Shown: piece by piece, positions 1 to 8,979 of the stretch
How positions within the stretch are numbered: the first letter of the stretch is position 1
Layout: the number at the start of each line of letters is the position of its first letter
Source: a virus
Taxonomy: Duplodnaviria; Heunggongvirae; Uroviricota; Caudoviricetes
IMG/VR virus record: IMGVR_UViG_2534681663_000022
DNA: 10,488 nt
Reading direction: 5' to 3' (one strand)
Translations under genes and position numbers: made by a program
Notes under the pieces: model-generated
What the model saw: the letters and a program-made list of their open reading frames with translations, nothing else
Database searches by the model: none
Told to the model about the DNA's origin: nothing

Positions 1-1975
<1,975 letters not shown>

Positions 1976-1978
1976 CAG

Positions 1979-2230
1979 TTAGTCCTGATTTTTATCCACC
2001 CTGAGTAGTTCGCGCAGAGCAAAGGCATCCCCTTTTCTGGCAAGCTTAAACAATGCCGCTCGTAACTCGGCTTCACCTTTCGCTCTGCCCTTACGGATGG
2101 CCGCATAAAAATCTGTCATTGCTTCCCGATTTTCTTTCAGTCGGTTCAGATCAACATCCAGAACGTCAGCGATTTGTTGTGCAGTCATCCGGCACGCTGC
2201 CAGAGACTCGACTTTCGAATACGGAATCAT
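1979..2230 (-). CDS. Small hypothetical phage protein (83 aa), possibly DNA-binding, immediately upstream of the terminase small subunit
   Basis: ATG at 2228-2230 is preceded by GGGGGTGA; the stop at 1979-1981 lies 3 nt before the terminase start. It overlaps the 3' end of the upstream gene by 65 nt in another frame. No family recognised. Confidence 0.4.
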   Translation of the reverse strand: MIPYSKVESLAACRMTAQQIADVLDVDLNRLKENREAMTDFYAAIRKGRAKGEAELRAALFKLARKGDAFALRELLRVDKNQD

Positions 2231-3122
2231 TTGTCACCCCCATTGATATGCAGGGTGTCTTCTTCCTGTATTTTTCGTGAAGGATTTTTACTGCAGCGTT
2301 GTTCCAGGTGACCTGATGGTGAATGCGTTTATGGCTGGCACCCATCAGTGAGATTTTTACGCACGACGGCGAATACATGACGGAGTAAAAACTTTTAACG
2401 TAGGTTCCGGAATCCAGATACAGCTCGGTCATTCCGCCGCTGTTTTTCTGCGTCTGTTTCTGCCCTAACTGGACAGCACCGATCGTCATAAACAATTCAC
2501 CACAGCGACCGAGATTCGTGTACGTATTCACATCCTCGTTAATGCGCCCCATGAATGAGAACGGTCGATCAACCGAACAGATAAAGCTGTTCATTGCCTT
2601 GCGTTTCACCCACGAAGCATGGCCGCCATTGTCACCAAGAAAATCCCCGCCCTGCGACATAGCGATGGAAAGCGCGGGTATTGATTCGTAATACGCCAGC
2701 ATTTCAGAAAGGATCGCATCCAGTTTCCTTATCGGGAAATAGGCCTGGTCATAGTTGCGATCCACCCGAAACTGGAACTCGTGATAATCATCATCGAGCT
2801 GAATGAAGTATTTACACCCGACCAGTTTTGCCAGGTCGAAACAGGCATTACGGGCGTAAAAAATTGAGCGGCGATCACCAAAATTATCGGCTTCGTCAAA
2901 ACGACTGGCAATATCGGCTTTGGAAAATACCAGCACCTGTTCACCAAATTCAGCCATGTACTGATGCCGTGTCTTATCTTCATCATCAACAACGATAAAA
3001 ATTTTCCCGGTATAGCCAGCACGACGCAACGTCCGGTAAGTCAGAACTTTGTCCGGTCGCCCGTGAGTCAGAATAAAGGCGCAAAAATCATCACGCATAT
3101 TCCTCCTCCTCCTCCCCGCCAT
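2166..3122 (-). CDS. Putative GT-A fold (GT2-like) glycosyltransferase, soluble, with a DxD motif
   Basis: Motif order matches the GT2 N-terminal domain: FILTHGRPD (beta1), KIFIVVDDEDKT (beta2 with DD), KYFIQLDDDYHEF (DxD). No C-terminal transmembrane helices, so unlike GtrB. Alternative ATG at 3096-3098 sits directly after a GGAGGAGGAGGAGG run and overlaps the upstream stop. Confidence 0.5.
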   Translation of the reverse strand: MAGRRRRNMRDDFCAFILTHGRPDKVLTYRTLRRAGYTGKIFIVVDDEDKTRHQYMAEFGEQVLVFSKADIASRFDEADNFGDRRSIFYARNACFDLAKLVGCKYFIQLDDDYHEFQFRVDRNYDQAYFPIRKLDAILSEMLAYYESIPALSIAMSQGGDFLGDNGGHASWVKRKAMNSFICSVDRPFSFMGRINEDVNTYTNLGRCGELFMTIGAVQLGQKQTQKNSGGMTELYLDSGTYVKSFYSVMYSPSCVKISLMGASHKRIHHQVTWNNAAVKILHEKYRKKTPCISMGVTNDSVFESRVSGSVPDDCTTNR

Positions 3123-3885
3123 GCATGATCTCCACCATGCGCTGCGTCATTCGGACAAATCCATTTTCAATAGCCTGCTGATAATCAATGATCACCAGCG
3201 CCGACTCCTCGAAAAGGCACTGAATTTCAGCGGGGGCATGAGCGTAATAGTCCGCAATTCTGCTGAAATTAAACACTGTGTGACGTTCTGCCGCACACAG
3301 GAGGAATTTCTCAATATCAGGATCAAGGGACGCCGAACGTATCCGGCTGATCAGCTCCTGAGTTTTCGTATCGTCGTACAGTTCACTGATATCCGGTTTA
3401 CCGCCCGACGGCTCATAAACAGGCGTATCAATTTTCGTCGTATACGGCTCCTCCTCATTTCCTGTACCGGGCAAAACATCCGTCAACAGTTCATCAATTT
3501 CTGTCGGGATGAAGCCTGTCAGGGAGACATCAAAATCAGCATTGATTAGGTCCGACAGCTCCATCCGCAACAGATCTTCATCCCAGCCAGCATTCATCGG
3601 CAGGCGATTATCTGCCAGGCGGGACGCCTTTTTCTGCTCATCCGTCAGGCCAGACAGAACAATGACCGGAACAGAATCCATTTTGAGCATTTCAGCCGCC
3701 ATAACACGACCGTGACCCGCAATAATTTCGCCCTTTTCGTCAATCAGCACCGGATTAGTCCAGCCGAATTGCTTAATACTTTCTACCAGTTGTGCCACCT
3801 GCTCAGGGCTGTGCGTCCTGGCGTTGTGCGCATACGGTGACAATTCTTGTAATGGGCGATAGACTATCTTTAATTTCTCGCTCAT
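3091..3885 (-). CDS. ParB/Srx-like nuclease-domain protein with an acidic C-terminal tail; no methyltransferase motifs
   Basis: ATG at 3883-3885 is preceded by AAGG. The N-terminal domain carries ParB-type motifs (KIVYRPLQELSPYAHNARTH...IIAGHGR...). The C-terminal 160 aa lack DPPY/NPPY motifs and end GGEEEEEYA. Confidence 0.75.
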   Translation of the reverse strand: MSEKLKIVYRPLQELSPYAHNARTHSPEQVAQLVESIKQFGWTNPVLIDEKGEIIAGHGRVMAAEMLKMDSVPVIVLSGLTDEQKKASRLADNRLPMNAGWDEDLLRMELSDLINADFDVSLTGFIPTEIDELLTDVLPGTGNEEEPYTTKIDTPVYEPSGGKPDISELYDDTKTQELISRIRSASLDPDIEKFLLCAAERHTVFNFSRIADYYAHAPAEIQCLFEESALVIIDYQQAIENGFVRMTQRMVEIMHGGEEEEEYA

Positions 3886-3902
3886 ACAGCCTTGCTTTAT
3901 GA

Positions 3903-3936
3903 ATAAAACGCACCCCAGCAGCCAGTGCTACTGGGG
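3903..3936 (-). terminator. Putative intrinsic terminator downstream of trkG
   Basis: Minus-strand hairpin CCCCAGTAGC-ACTG-GCTGCTGGGG (10-bp stem with one T-G wobble) followed by TGCGTTTTATT. Confidence 0.5.
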
Positions 3937-4022
3937 ACGGAGGGGTTGCTGGTAAAGTTAGGTATTGGATCAATGAGTGAGTCAACATAATATTAAACTC
4001 ACAATTATAAATCAGCCATATA

Positions 4023-5480
4023 TTAGGAGCGCCAAAAAAAACCTGAAAACAATATAATAACAGGATAAATTTCAAGGCGACCAAGAATCATAGCTATGCA
4101 CATTAAACATTTTGCAATGTCATTAAGCACTCCGAATGACGATGCAGTAGCCCCAAAACCTAATCCCATATTATTAATACATGCAGCCACTGTTGCAAAT
4201 GATGTAAGAAAATCATATCCCATACCATTTAACACCAGTATAAAAAACACCGTGAAGAGAGTATAAAGAAAAAAGAAACTCCATACAGACCTCATTACAC
4301 GATCTGTAACTATCTTCCCTCCTACATTTACACTCAACAACGCTCTGGGATGAGAAAGCTGATTTATCTCGTGTTTGCTTTGTTTGAAAAGTATAAGAAA
4401 TCGAAGTGACTTAATTCCACCACAAGTTGAACCTATACATCCCCCAAAGAAACTTGACAACAGCAAAAACACTATCGTGTGCGTGGGCCAACTTGCATAA
4501 TCCTGCGTAGCTAAACCATTATCAGTGAGCATGGAGCTGGCAAGAAAAAACGAATGAATAAAACTTCCATGCAAGTCATACATACCTATATGCCAGACCT
4601 GGAAAGAGGTAACAATGATCACCCCTAAGGCTATTAACAGAAAGAAACGAAGTTCAATATCTCTGATTAAAGGTTTTATCGTTTTCCTGCTAATAACAAT
4701 ATACCAAAGAGTGAAGTTGAAAGCCGATAGCAGGGAAAAAGAACCAGCCACCAGCTCAACCAAATAGTTATTAAAATATCCGATACTCTCGCTATGAGTT
4801 GAGAAACCACCAAGCGAAACTGTGGAAATCCCGTGACAAATAGCATCAAACAAAGGCATTCCTGCAAGTCTATAACAGACAATACAAGCAATACCTAATA
4901 AAGAATAAGTTATCCACAGTGTCCGTGACGTATCGGCCAGGCGGGGAGTGAGTTTGTCATCCTTAAATGGCCCCGGCATTTCTGACTGATAAAGCTTTGC
5001 ACCACCAATACCCAATAATGGCAATACAGCAACCGCCAGAACAATAACTCCTAAACCACCTATAAAATTTAACTGTGACCGATAGTACAAATATGCCCGA
5101 GGTAATGAACTAACATCATCAATTACAGTTGCTCCTGTTGTTGTTATTCCAGAAACCCCTTCAAACAGAGCATCAATGAACGTTAAATTAAGTTCTGAGT
5201 CAATCCATAAAGGGAATGCACTAATAACAGAAAACAAAATCCAAAACATTACAATTATAATAAACCCATCACGGGTACGTAATTGAATGCCAGATTTCTT
5301 AGTTGTATACCACGCTCCGCCACCAATGCAAAAAAATATAACGAAAGTTATAAAGAAAACGAACAGGCTTTTTTCTTTATAAAACAATGCTACAACCATT
5401 GGTGGCAACATTGAAAGACTATAGAGCCAAACCAGGAACCCACACATATGAGTAACAACTCTTACATGAGATGTATTCAT
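4023..5480 (-). CDS. trkG: Trk-system potassium uptake protein TrkG (TrkH/TrkG family membrane transporter), prophage cargo gene
   Basis: The 485-aa product from ATG 5478-5480 (MNTSHVRVVTHMCGFLVWLYSL...) matches the recalled E. coli Rac-prophage TrkG in length and sequence. It is multi-pass hydrophobic with repeated glycine-rich pore motifs. The gene and its flanks are visibly AT-rich compared with neighbouring phage genes. The ORF track starts at a TTG 18 nt upstream. Confidence 0.9.
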   Translation of the reverse strand: MNTSHVRVVTHMCGFLVWLYSLSMLPPMVVALFYKEKSLFVFFITFVIFFCIGGGAWYTTKKSGIQLRTRDGFIIIVMFWILFSVISAFPLWIDSELNLTFIDALFEGVSGITTTGATVIDDVSSLPRAYLYYRSQLNFIGGLGVIVLAVAVLPLLGIGGAKLYQSEMPGPFKDDKLTPRLADTSRTLWITYSLLGIACIVCYRLAGMPLFDAICHGISTVSLGGFSTHSESIGYFNNYLVELVAGSFSLLSAFNFTLWYIVISRKTIKPLIRDIELRFFLLIALGVIIVTSFQVWHIGMYDLHGSFIHSFFLASSMLTDNGLATQDYASWPTHTIVFLLLSSFFGGCIGSTCGGIKSLRFLILFKQSKHEINQLSHPRALLSVNVGGKIVTDRVMRSVWSFFFLYTLFTVFFILVLNGMGYDFLTSFATVAACINNMGLGFGATASSFGVLNDIAKCLMCIAMILGRLEIYPVIILFSGFFWRS

Positions 5481-5617
5481 ATCTAAATATTCTTTCAATT
5501 ATAACCACCTTGCTGCAATATTATGATTATACTGTATAAAATTTAACTCCTCTTAGATCTTACTTCACTGTTCCTTATGAAACAATCATCAAAATGAATC
5601 ATATTGTAGTTAAGATT

Positions 5618-6082
5618 TTACTTTAAACACTGCTCGGTTATGTATTGCTGAGCACCTTCAAGTTGGGCCTGCATCATTACCAGTCGTTCCCGGAGGGTGA
5701 AATAATCCCGTTCAGCGGTGTCTGCCAGTCGGGGGGAGGCTGCATTATCCACGCCGGAGGCGGTGGTGGCTTCACGCACTGACTGACAGACTGCTTTGAT
5801 GTGCAACCGACGACGACCAGCGGCAACATCATCACGCAGAACATCATTTTCAGCTTTCGCATCAGCTAACTCCTTCGTGTATTTTGCATCGAGCGCAGCA
5901 ACATCACGCTGACGCATCTGCATGTCAGTAATTGCCGCGTTCGCCAGCTTCAGTTCTCTGGCATTTTTGTCGCGCTGTTCTTTGTAGGCGATGGCGTTAT
6001 CACGGTAATGATTAACACCCCATGACAGGCAGACGACGATGCAGATAACCAGAGCGGAGATAATCGCGGTTACTCTGTTCAT
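5618..6082 (-). CDS. Rz i-spanin (inner-membrane spanin subunit)
   Basis: Near-identical to the recalled lambda Rz ([15 protein letters not shown]...[52 protein letters not shown]...). ATG at 6080-6082 overlaps the endolysin stop as ATGA. The ORF track extends it to a GTG at 6094. Confidence 0.9.
   Translation of the reverse strand: MNRVTAIISALVICIVVCLSWGVNHYRDNAIAYKEQRDKNARELKLANAAITDMQMRQRDVAALDAKYTKELADAKAENDVLRDDVAAGRRRLHIKAVCQSVREATTASGVDNAASPRLADTAERDYFTLRERLVMMQAQLEGAQQYITEQCLK
5677..5862 (-). CDS. Rz1 o-spanin (outer-membrane lipoprotein), embedded in Rz in a different frame
   Basis: Signal peptide with lipobox VVGC and a proline-rich mature region ([16 protein letters not shown]); fully nested within Rz, as in lambda Rz/Rz1. 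Confidence 0.85.
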   Translation of the reverse strand: MRKLKMMFCVMMLPLVVVGCTSKQSVSQCVKPPPPPAWIMQPPPDWQTPLNGIISPSGNDW

Positions 6083-6576
6083 TGCTGACCCCACAAACAG
6101 ATTTCACGCTCAATCTCACGACGAGTCATGAGACCTTTCCATTGCTTACCGCCAGCATATGTCCAGCGACGTAGCTGATCACATGCGCCTTTGATATCGC
6201 CCTGGTTTATTTTGCGAAGAAGCGTCGATGTTCTGAAATTGCCAGCACCCACGTTGTAAACGAATGAGTAAAGAGCGCCGCGCGTTGTTTCCGGTATATC
6301 GACTTTGATGTACGGGTTAATTTGTCTGGCGACCGTGGCAAGGTCTTTATTCAAGAGTGTTTTGCATTCTGCTTTGGTATACGTTTTACCGAGCATGATG
6401 TCTTTTCCTGTATGCCCGTGACATACAGTCCATACACCAACAATATCTTTGTATGGTATGTAGCTGACACCTTCCAGACCATCGTTACCACTTGGGCCAG
6501 TGATTAACACTGATGCTATAGCAATTGCTCCGCCACCAATAGCAGCAGCAACGACTTTTCGTAATGATGGAGGCAT
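6079..6576 (-). CDS. SAR endolysin (T4-lysozyme-like muramidase, phage 21 R / P1 Lyz type)
   Basis: Gly/Ala-rich signal-anchor-release N-terminal domain ([18 protein letters not shown]) and the catalytic triad E35, D44, T50 at the positions seen in R21. The start ATG overlaps the holin stop. Confidence 0.9.
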   Translation of the reverse strand: MPPSLRKVVAAAIGGGAIAIASVLITGPSGNDGLEGVSYIPYKDIVGVWTVCHGHTGKDIMLGKTYTKAECKTLLNKDLATVARQINPYIKVDIPETTRGALYSFVYNVGAGNFRTSTLLRKINQGDIKGACDQLRRWTYAGGKQWKGLMTRREIEREICLWGQQ

Positions 6577-6791
6577 TATTCACCTCTCGCAGCCTTGCGC
6601 TTATCTTCTTTAATCTTGAAATAAAGGTTTGTCAGGTACGTCAGCAGGCCAAATACCAGACTACCCAGCACACCGATTGCAGCCCACTGTGACGGAGTTA
6701 CTCTATCGAGCAACTGTAAAAACCAGTAGCCAGCACTGCCTGCGGAGGTGCCGTAGGCAATGCCTGTTGAAATTTTGTCCATGGATTTCAT
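6576..6791 (-). CDS. Pinholin, phage 21 S-type, with dual-start motif (71-aa and 68-aa forms)
   Basis: ATG at 6789-6791 is preceded by GGAGGTGA. Product [71 protein letters not shown] has Met1/Met4 dual starts and two transmembrane segments. The 90-aa ORF in the track uses an upstream non-ATG start and is probably over-extended. Confidence 0.9.
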   Translation of the reverse strand: MKSMDKISTGIAYGTSAGSAGYWFLQLLDRVTPSQWAAIGVLGSLVFGLLTYLTNLYFKIKEDKRKAARGE

Positions 6792-6892
6792 AGCCTCACC
6801 TCCGCACGGAACGGATGGCATAGTTATTATGTGTAGGCTTTCAGACACATCAATCAGAGCCTTAATTGATATATATGCTGGAGACGATGCAA

Positions 6893-6917
6893 TATAAAAA
6901 GCTCGCCGTAGCGAGCT
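6893..6917 (-). terminator. Intrinsic terminator downstream of the lipoprotein genes
   Basis: Minus-strand hairpin AGCTCGC-TACG-GCGAGCT followed by TTTTTAT. Confidence 0.6.
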
Positions 6918-7042
6918 AATAAAATGTATTTCTCTGATATTATGTTTATTTGTATTAGCTCAGACTTGACATCACAGGTTTCGTATATAGAACATCATCA
7001 AATCTGTCAGTTTGCTATGAATGAGATATAGTAATTGAAGAG

Positions 7043-7438
7043 CTAACCTCGCATGTCAAAGCCAGATTTCTGAAAATCTCTGTAGACTTCCGGATTGTTG
7101 AAGGCCGGAAATTTGGCTTTATGAGCTGCGGACTTTATCGCTTCGCAATAGGCTTTATCACCGTTACTGGTAGATATTTTTAACGCCGTGCCATCCTGAG
7201 AGAATTCCATATGCAACCTGCATTTTTTCCCTTTCCAGTTATGCGGCTCATCAAGTTTGGCATTAATTGCAGCTCTGATTCCCCGCGCTTGCGCCCCCCA
7301 TTCATCCTGATCATCCCAGCGTCCTGAACTGCAACTACCTGTAGCAGTAGTTTTGTGGCAATCTGAAGGGTGTAAAGGTGTGCATCCCGCAACAAAACCG
7401 ACCCAAAAAGTCAACATAACGATTTTCTTTAATCCCAC
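7043..7438 (-). CDS. Lipoprotein with a divergent TolA domain III-like C-terminal domain (paralog of the gene at 7589-8017)
   Basis: GTG at 7436-7438 is preceded by AGGAG at 6-nt spacing. Signal peptide MGLKKIVMLTFWVGFVAGC has lipobox VAGC, Thr at +2. The C-terminal segment IRAAINAKL...GKKCRLHMEFSQDGTALKI...YCEAIKSAAHKAKFPAFNNPEVYRDFQKSGFD aligns with the other lipoprotein and with the TolA C-terminus. Confidence 0.65.
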   Translation of the reverse strand: MGLKKIVMLTFWVGFVAGCTPLHPSDCHKTTATGSCSSGRWDDQDEWGAQARGIRAAINAKLDEPHNWKGKKCRLHMEFSQDGTALKISTSNGDKAYCEAIKSAAHKAKFPAFNNPEVYRDFQKSGFDMRG

Positions 7439-7588
7439 TTCTTGCTCCTCAATCCATTAAAATCTCAGCAATAGTAGTTGTTACGTCCGCCACTGGCTCA
7501 GAGCTGACTATCCGCTAAATTTAGCTCAGTGCCGTAGCTGTGTCAGAACAAACCTAAGCCGAAACCGTTTATTACAAAACAATAAATA

Positions 7589-8017
7589 TCAGGGTTTAAA
7601 ATCCAGCACCCCATTTTGAAATACTTTATATACTTCCGGCGAAGGGGGGGCAGGTATATCAGCATTCTTTATCGCATTCATCGCTTCACGACATAAATCG
7701 AGGTCTCCACTTTCTCTTTTAACCTCCAGTAGAAGGCCATTCGGGGCCATATGCATTCTCAGTGTACACTCTTTTCCTGAATACTTACTCGCATCCCCGA
7801 ACTGTTTTTCGATGGCGCTCTTGATTTGATGGGCATACAGACGGATATCCTCACTAACATCAGAAGTACGTTCAGATGAACTCACATACTGTGTCTCTAT
7901 TGCTTTATCGGAGTAATATGATGTACGGTCATGATAATTTGTCGATACAGCATCAGTGCACCCGATAATAATCCCACTAATAATCAACGTAAGAATTGAT
8001 GCGCTACGAAAACCCAT
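7589..8017 (-). CDS. Lipoprotein carrying a TolA domain III-like C-terminal domain
   Basis: ATG at 8015-8017 is preceded by GAGG. Signal peptide has lipobox IIGC, Thr at +2, then a Ser/Thr/Tyr-rich linker. The C-terminal 85 aa (IRLYAHQIKSAIEKQFGDASKYSGKECTLRMHMAPNGLLLEVKRESGDLDLCREAMNAIKNADIPAPPSPEVYKVFQNGVLDFKP) closely parallel the recalled E. coli TolA C-terminus (..YAGQIKSAIESKFYDASSYAGKTCTLRIKLAPDGMLLDIKPEGGDPALCQAALAAAKLAKIPKPPSQAVYEVFKNAPLDFKP). Confidence 0.75.
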   Translation of the reverse strand: MGFRSASILTLIISGIIIGCTDAVSTNYHDRTSYYSDKAIETQYVSSSERTSDVSEDIRLYAHQIKSAIEKQFGDASKYSGKECTLRMHMAPNGLLLEVKRESGDLDLCREAMNAIKNADIPAPPSPEVYKVFQNGVLDFKP

Positions 8018-8046
8018 TTTTCCTCACATATGTCATATAGTAAAGG

Positions 8047-8076
8047 ATTATATATACCGTTGTTTTGGACGCTCAA
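8047..8076 (-). promoter_or_regulatory. Putative sigma70 promoter for the lipoprotein genes
   Basis: Minus strand reads TTGAGC (-35, plus 8071-8076), an 18-bp spacer, then TATAAT (-10, plus 8047-8052), about 30 nt upstream of the 8017 start codon. Confidence 0.45.
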
Positions 8077-8604
8077 ACAGCGAATCAGATCAAATAAAAC
8101 GCACATTTGTTAACATTTACACAAAGTCTGCGTGGGATATTCTGAAAGAATATCCATAATGTGGAGAGAATCTATTGAAGTGCATGGTGCCGGGTGCCTC
8201 CCGGTGAACAAAATGTTCGTGATACCTGTCGGCGACAGAAAAGGTTAATGGTATCACCCCACCGCACAGGGGGATTCACCATGCAGGAGTTTTCTTAGCA
8301 AACTCACTGCGCGCCCGGCAACTCCCAACCACATAAAATGCGGAGTTTGTGGTATTTATGCATATAACTCGCAGGAATTATCTTAAAAAACTGATGTCGA
8401 TCCGGATTAAAAAGAAGCAGGTCATCATCAGATGACTGGAAAAAAGGAAAAAAAAATACTCATCATACAGTTTTGATTGCAGGGATGAGCCTGCTATGCA
8501 CAATATGCAGAATATAAGCAAGATAAAAATATGCAGGCATATTATTTCGGATTTTGTTATTAACACAACCTTTTTAATAATCATTTGGCATACAATAAAC
8601 CAGT

Positions 8605-8632
8605 CCAAAAAGAACCGCCTAAACAGGCGGTT
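8605..8632 (-). terminator. Intrinsic terminator within the Q-to-lipoprotein intergenic region
   Basis: Minus-strand hairpin AACCGCCT-GTTT-AGGCGGTT followed by CTTTTTGG. Confidence 0.6.
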
Positions 8633-8876
8633 GGTCAATACAAAGGATGCTTCGTCTTTATTATAGTAATCTGAGGCGTCGGGTGTCTTGTATCAGACAA
8701 CATATTGTCCCGCTAAACAGCGAATTACAAACCACCCTGCAATGATCTCTCATCTCATTTTATATGAGTTGACGACATCAGGATAACGCATCATCAGCCC
8801 CTGCCAAGAAATATCAAAACTCCCGCCAGCAATGTGTTATCACAATATTGTAAAAAAAACACAGCACCGAAACTAT

Positions 8877-8915
8877 AACTGGTCTCTGTTATAATTTGGA
8901 GCAGAAAGACCAGTT
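8877..8915. repeat. Perfect 9-bp inverted repeat (AACTGGTCT / AGACCAGTT) with a 21-bp spacer containing an extended -10 element TGTTATAAT
   Basis: Arms at 8877-8885 and 8907-8915; TGnTATAAT at 8887-8895 on the plus strand. Confidence 0.55.
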
Positions 8916-8952
8916 GCCCAACTAGCAGCATTCTCCCCTGCTTTCCTGACGT

Positions 8953-8979
8953 AAAAAAACCGCATTAAGCGGTTTTTTT
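8953..8979. terminator. Bidirectional intrinsic terminator about 80 nt downstream of the Q-like gene (candidate tR'-type late terminator)
   Basis: AAAAAAACCGC-ATTAA-GCGGTTTTTTT: an 11-bp perfect stem with A-run and T-run flanks, so it is functional in either orientation. Confidence 0.7.

Noticed and set aside
2729-4084. ORFs 2729-3022 (-), 3121-3549 (+), 3509-3715 (+) and 3803-4084 (-)
   Set aside because: Nested in or antisense to the glycosyltransferase and ParB-like genes; 3803-4084 would read through the trkG terminator hairpin and into the trkG 3' end.
4676-4891. 71-aa ORF nested in trkG
   Set aside because: Alternative frame inside a strongly supported transporter gene; a hydrophobic artefact of AT-rich sequence.
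6792-6848. Upstream extension of the holin to 90 aa (6576-6848)
   Set aside because: The extension starts at a non-ATG codon, whereas the ATG at 6789-6791 has a strong GGAGGTGA ribosome-binding site and yields the canonical 71-aa protein with the MKSM dual start.
6322-8159. ORFs 6322-6507 (+), 7180-7395 (-) and 7956-8159 (+)
   Set aside because: Antisense to or nested within the endolysin and lipoprotein genes; no start context or motifs.
8378-8638. 86-aa minus-strand ORF from the six-frame track
   Set aside because: Its TTG start and first codons lie inside the terminator hairpin at 8613-8632, there is no ribosome-binding site, and it is a low-complexity Phe/Ile/Leu-rich product of AT-rich DNA. 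Only the shorter internal ATG version is kept as a weak candidate in the findings.
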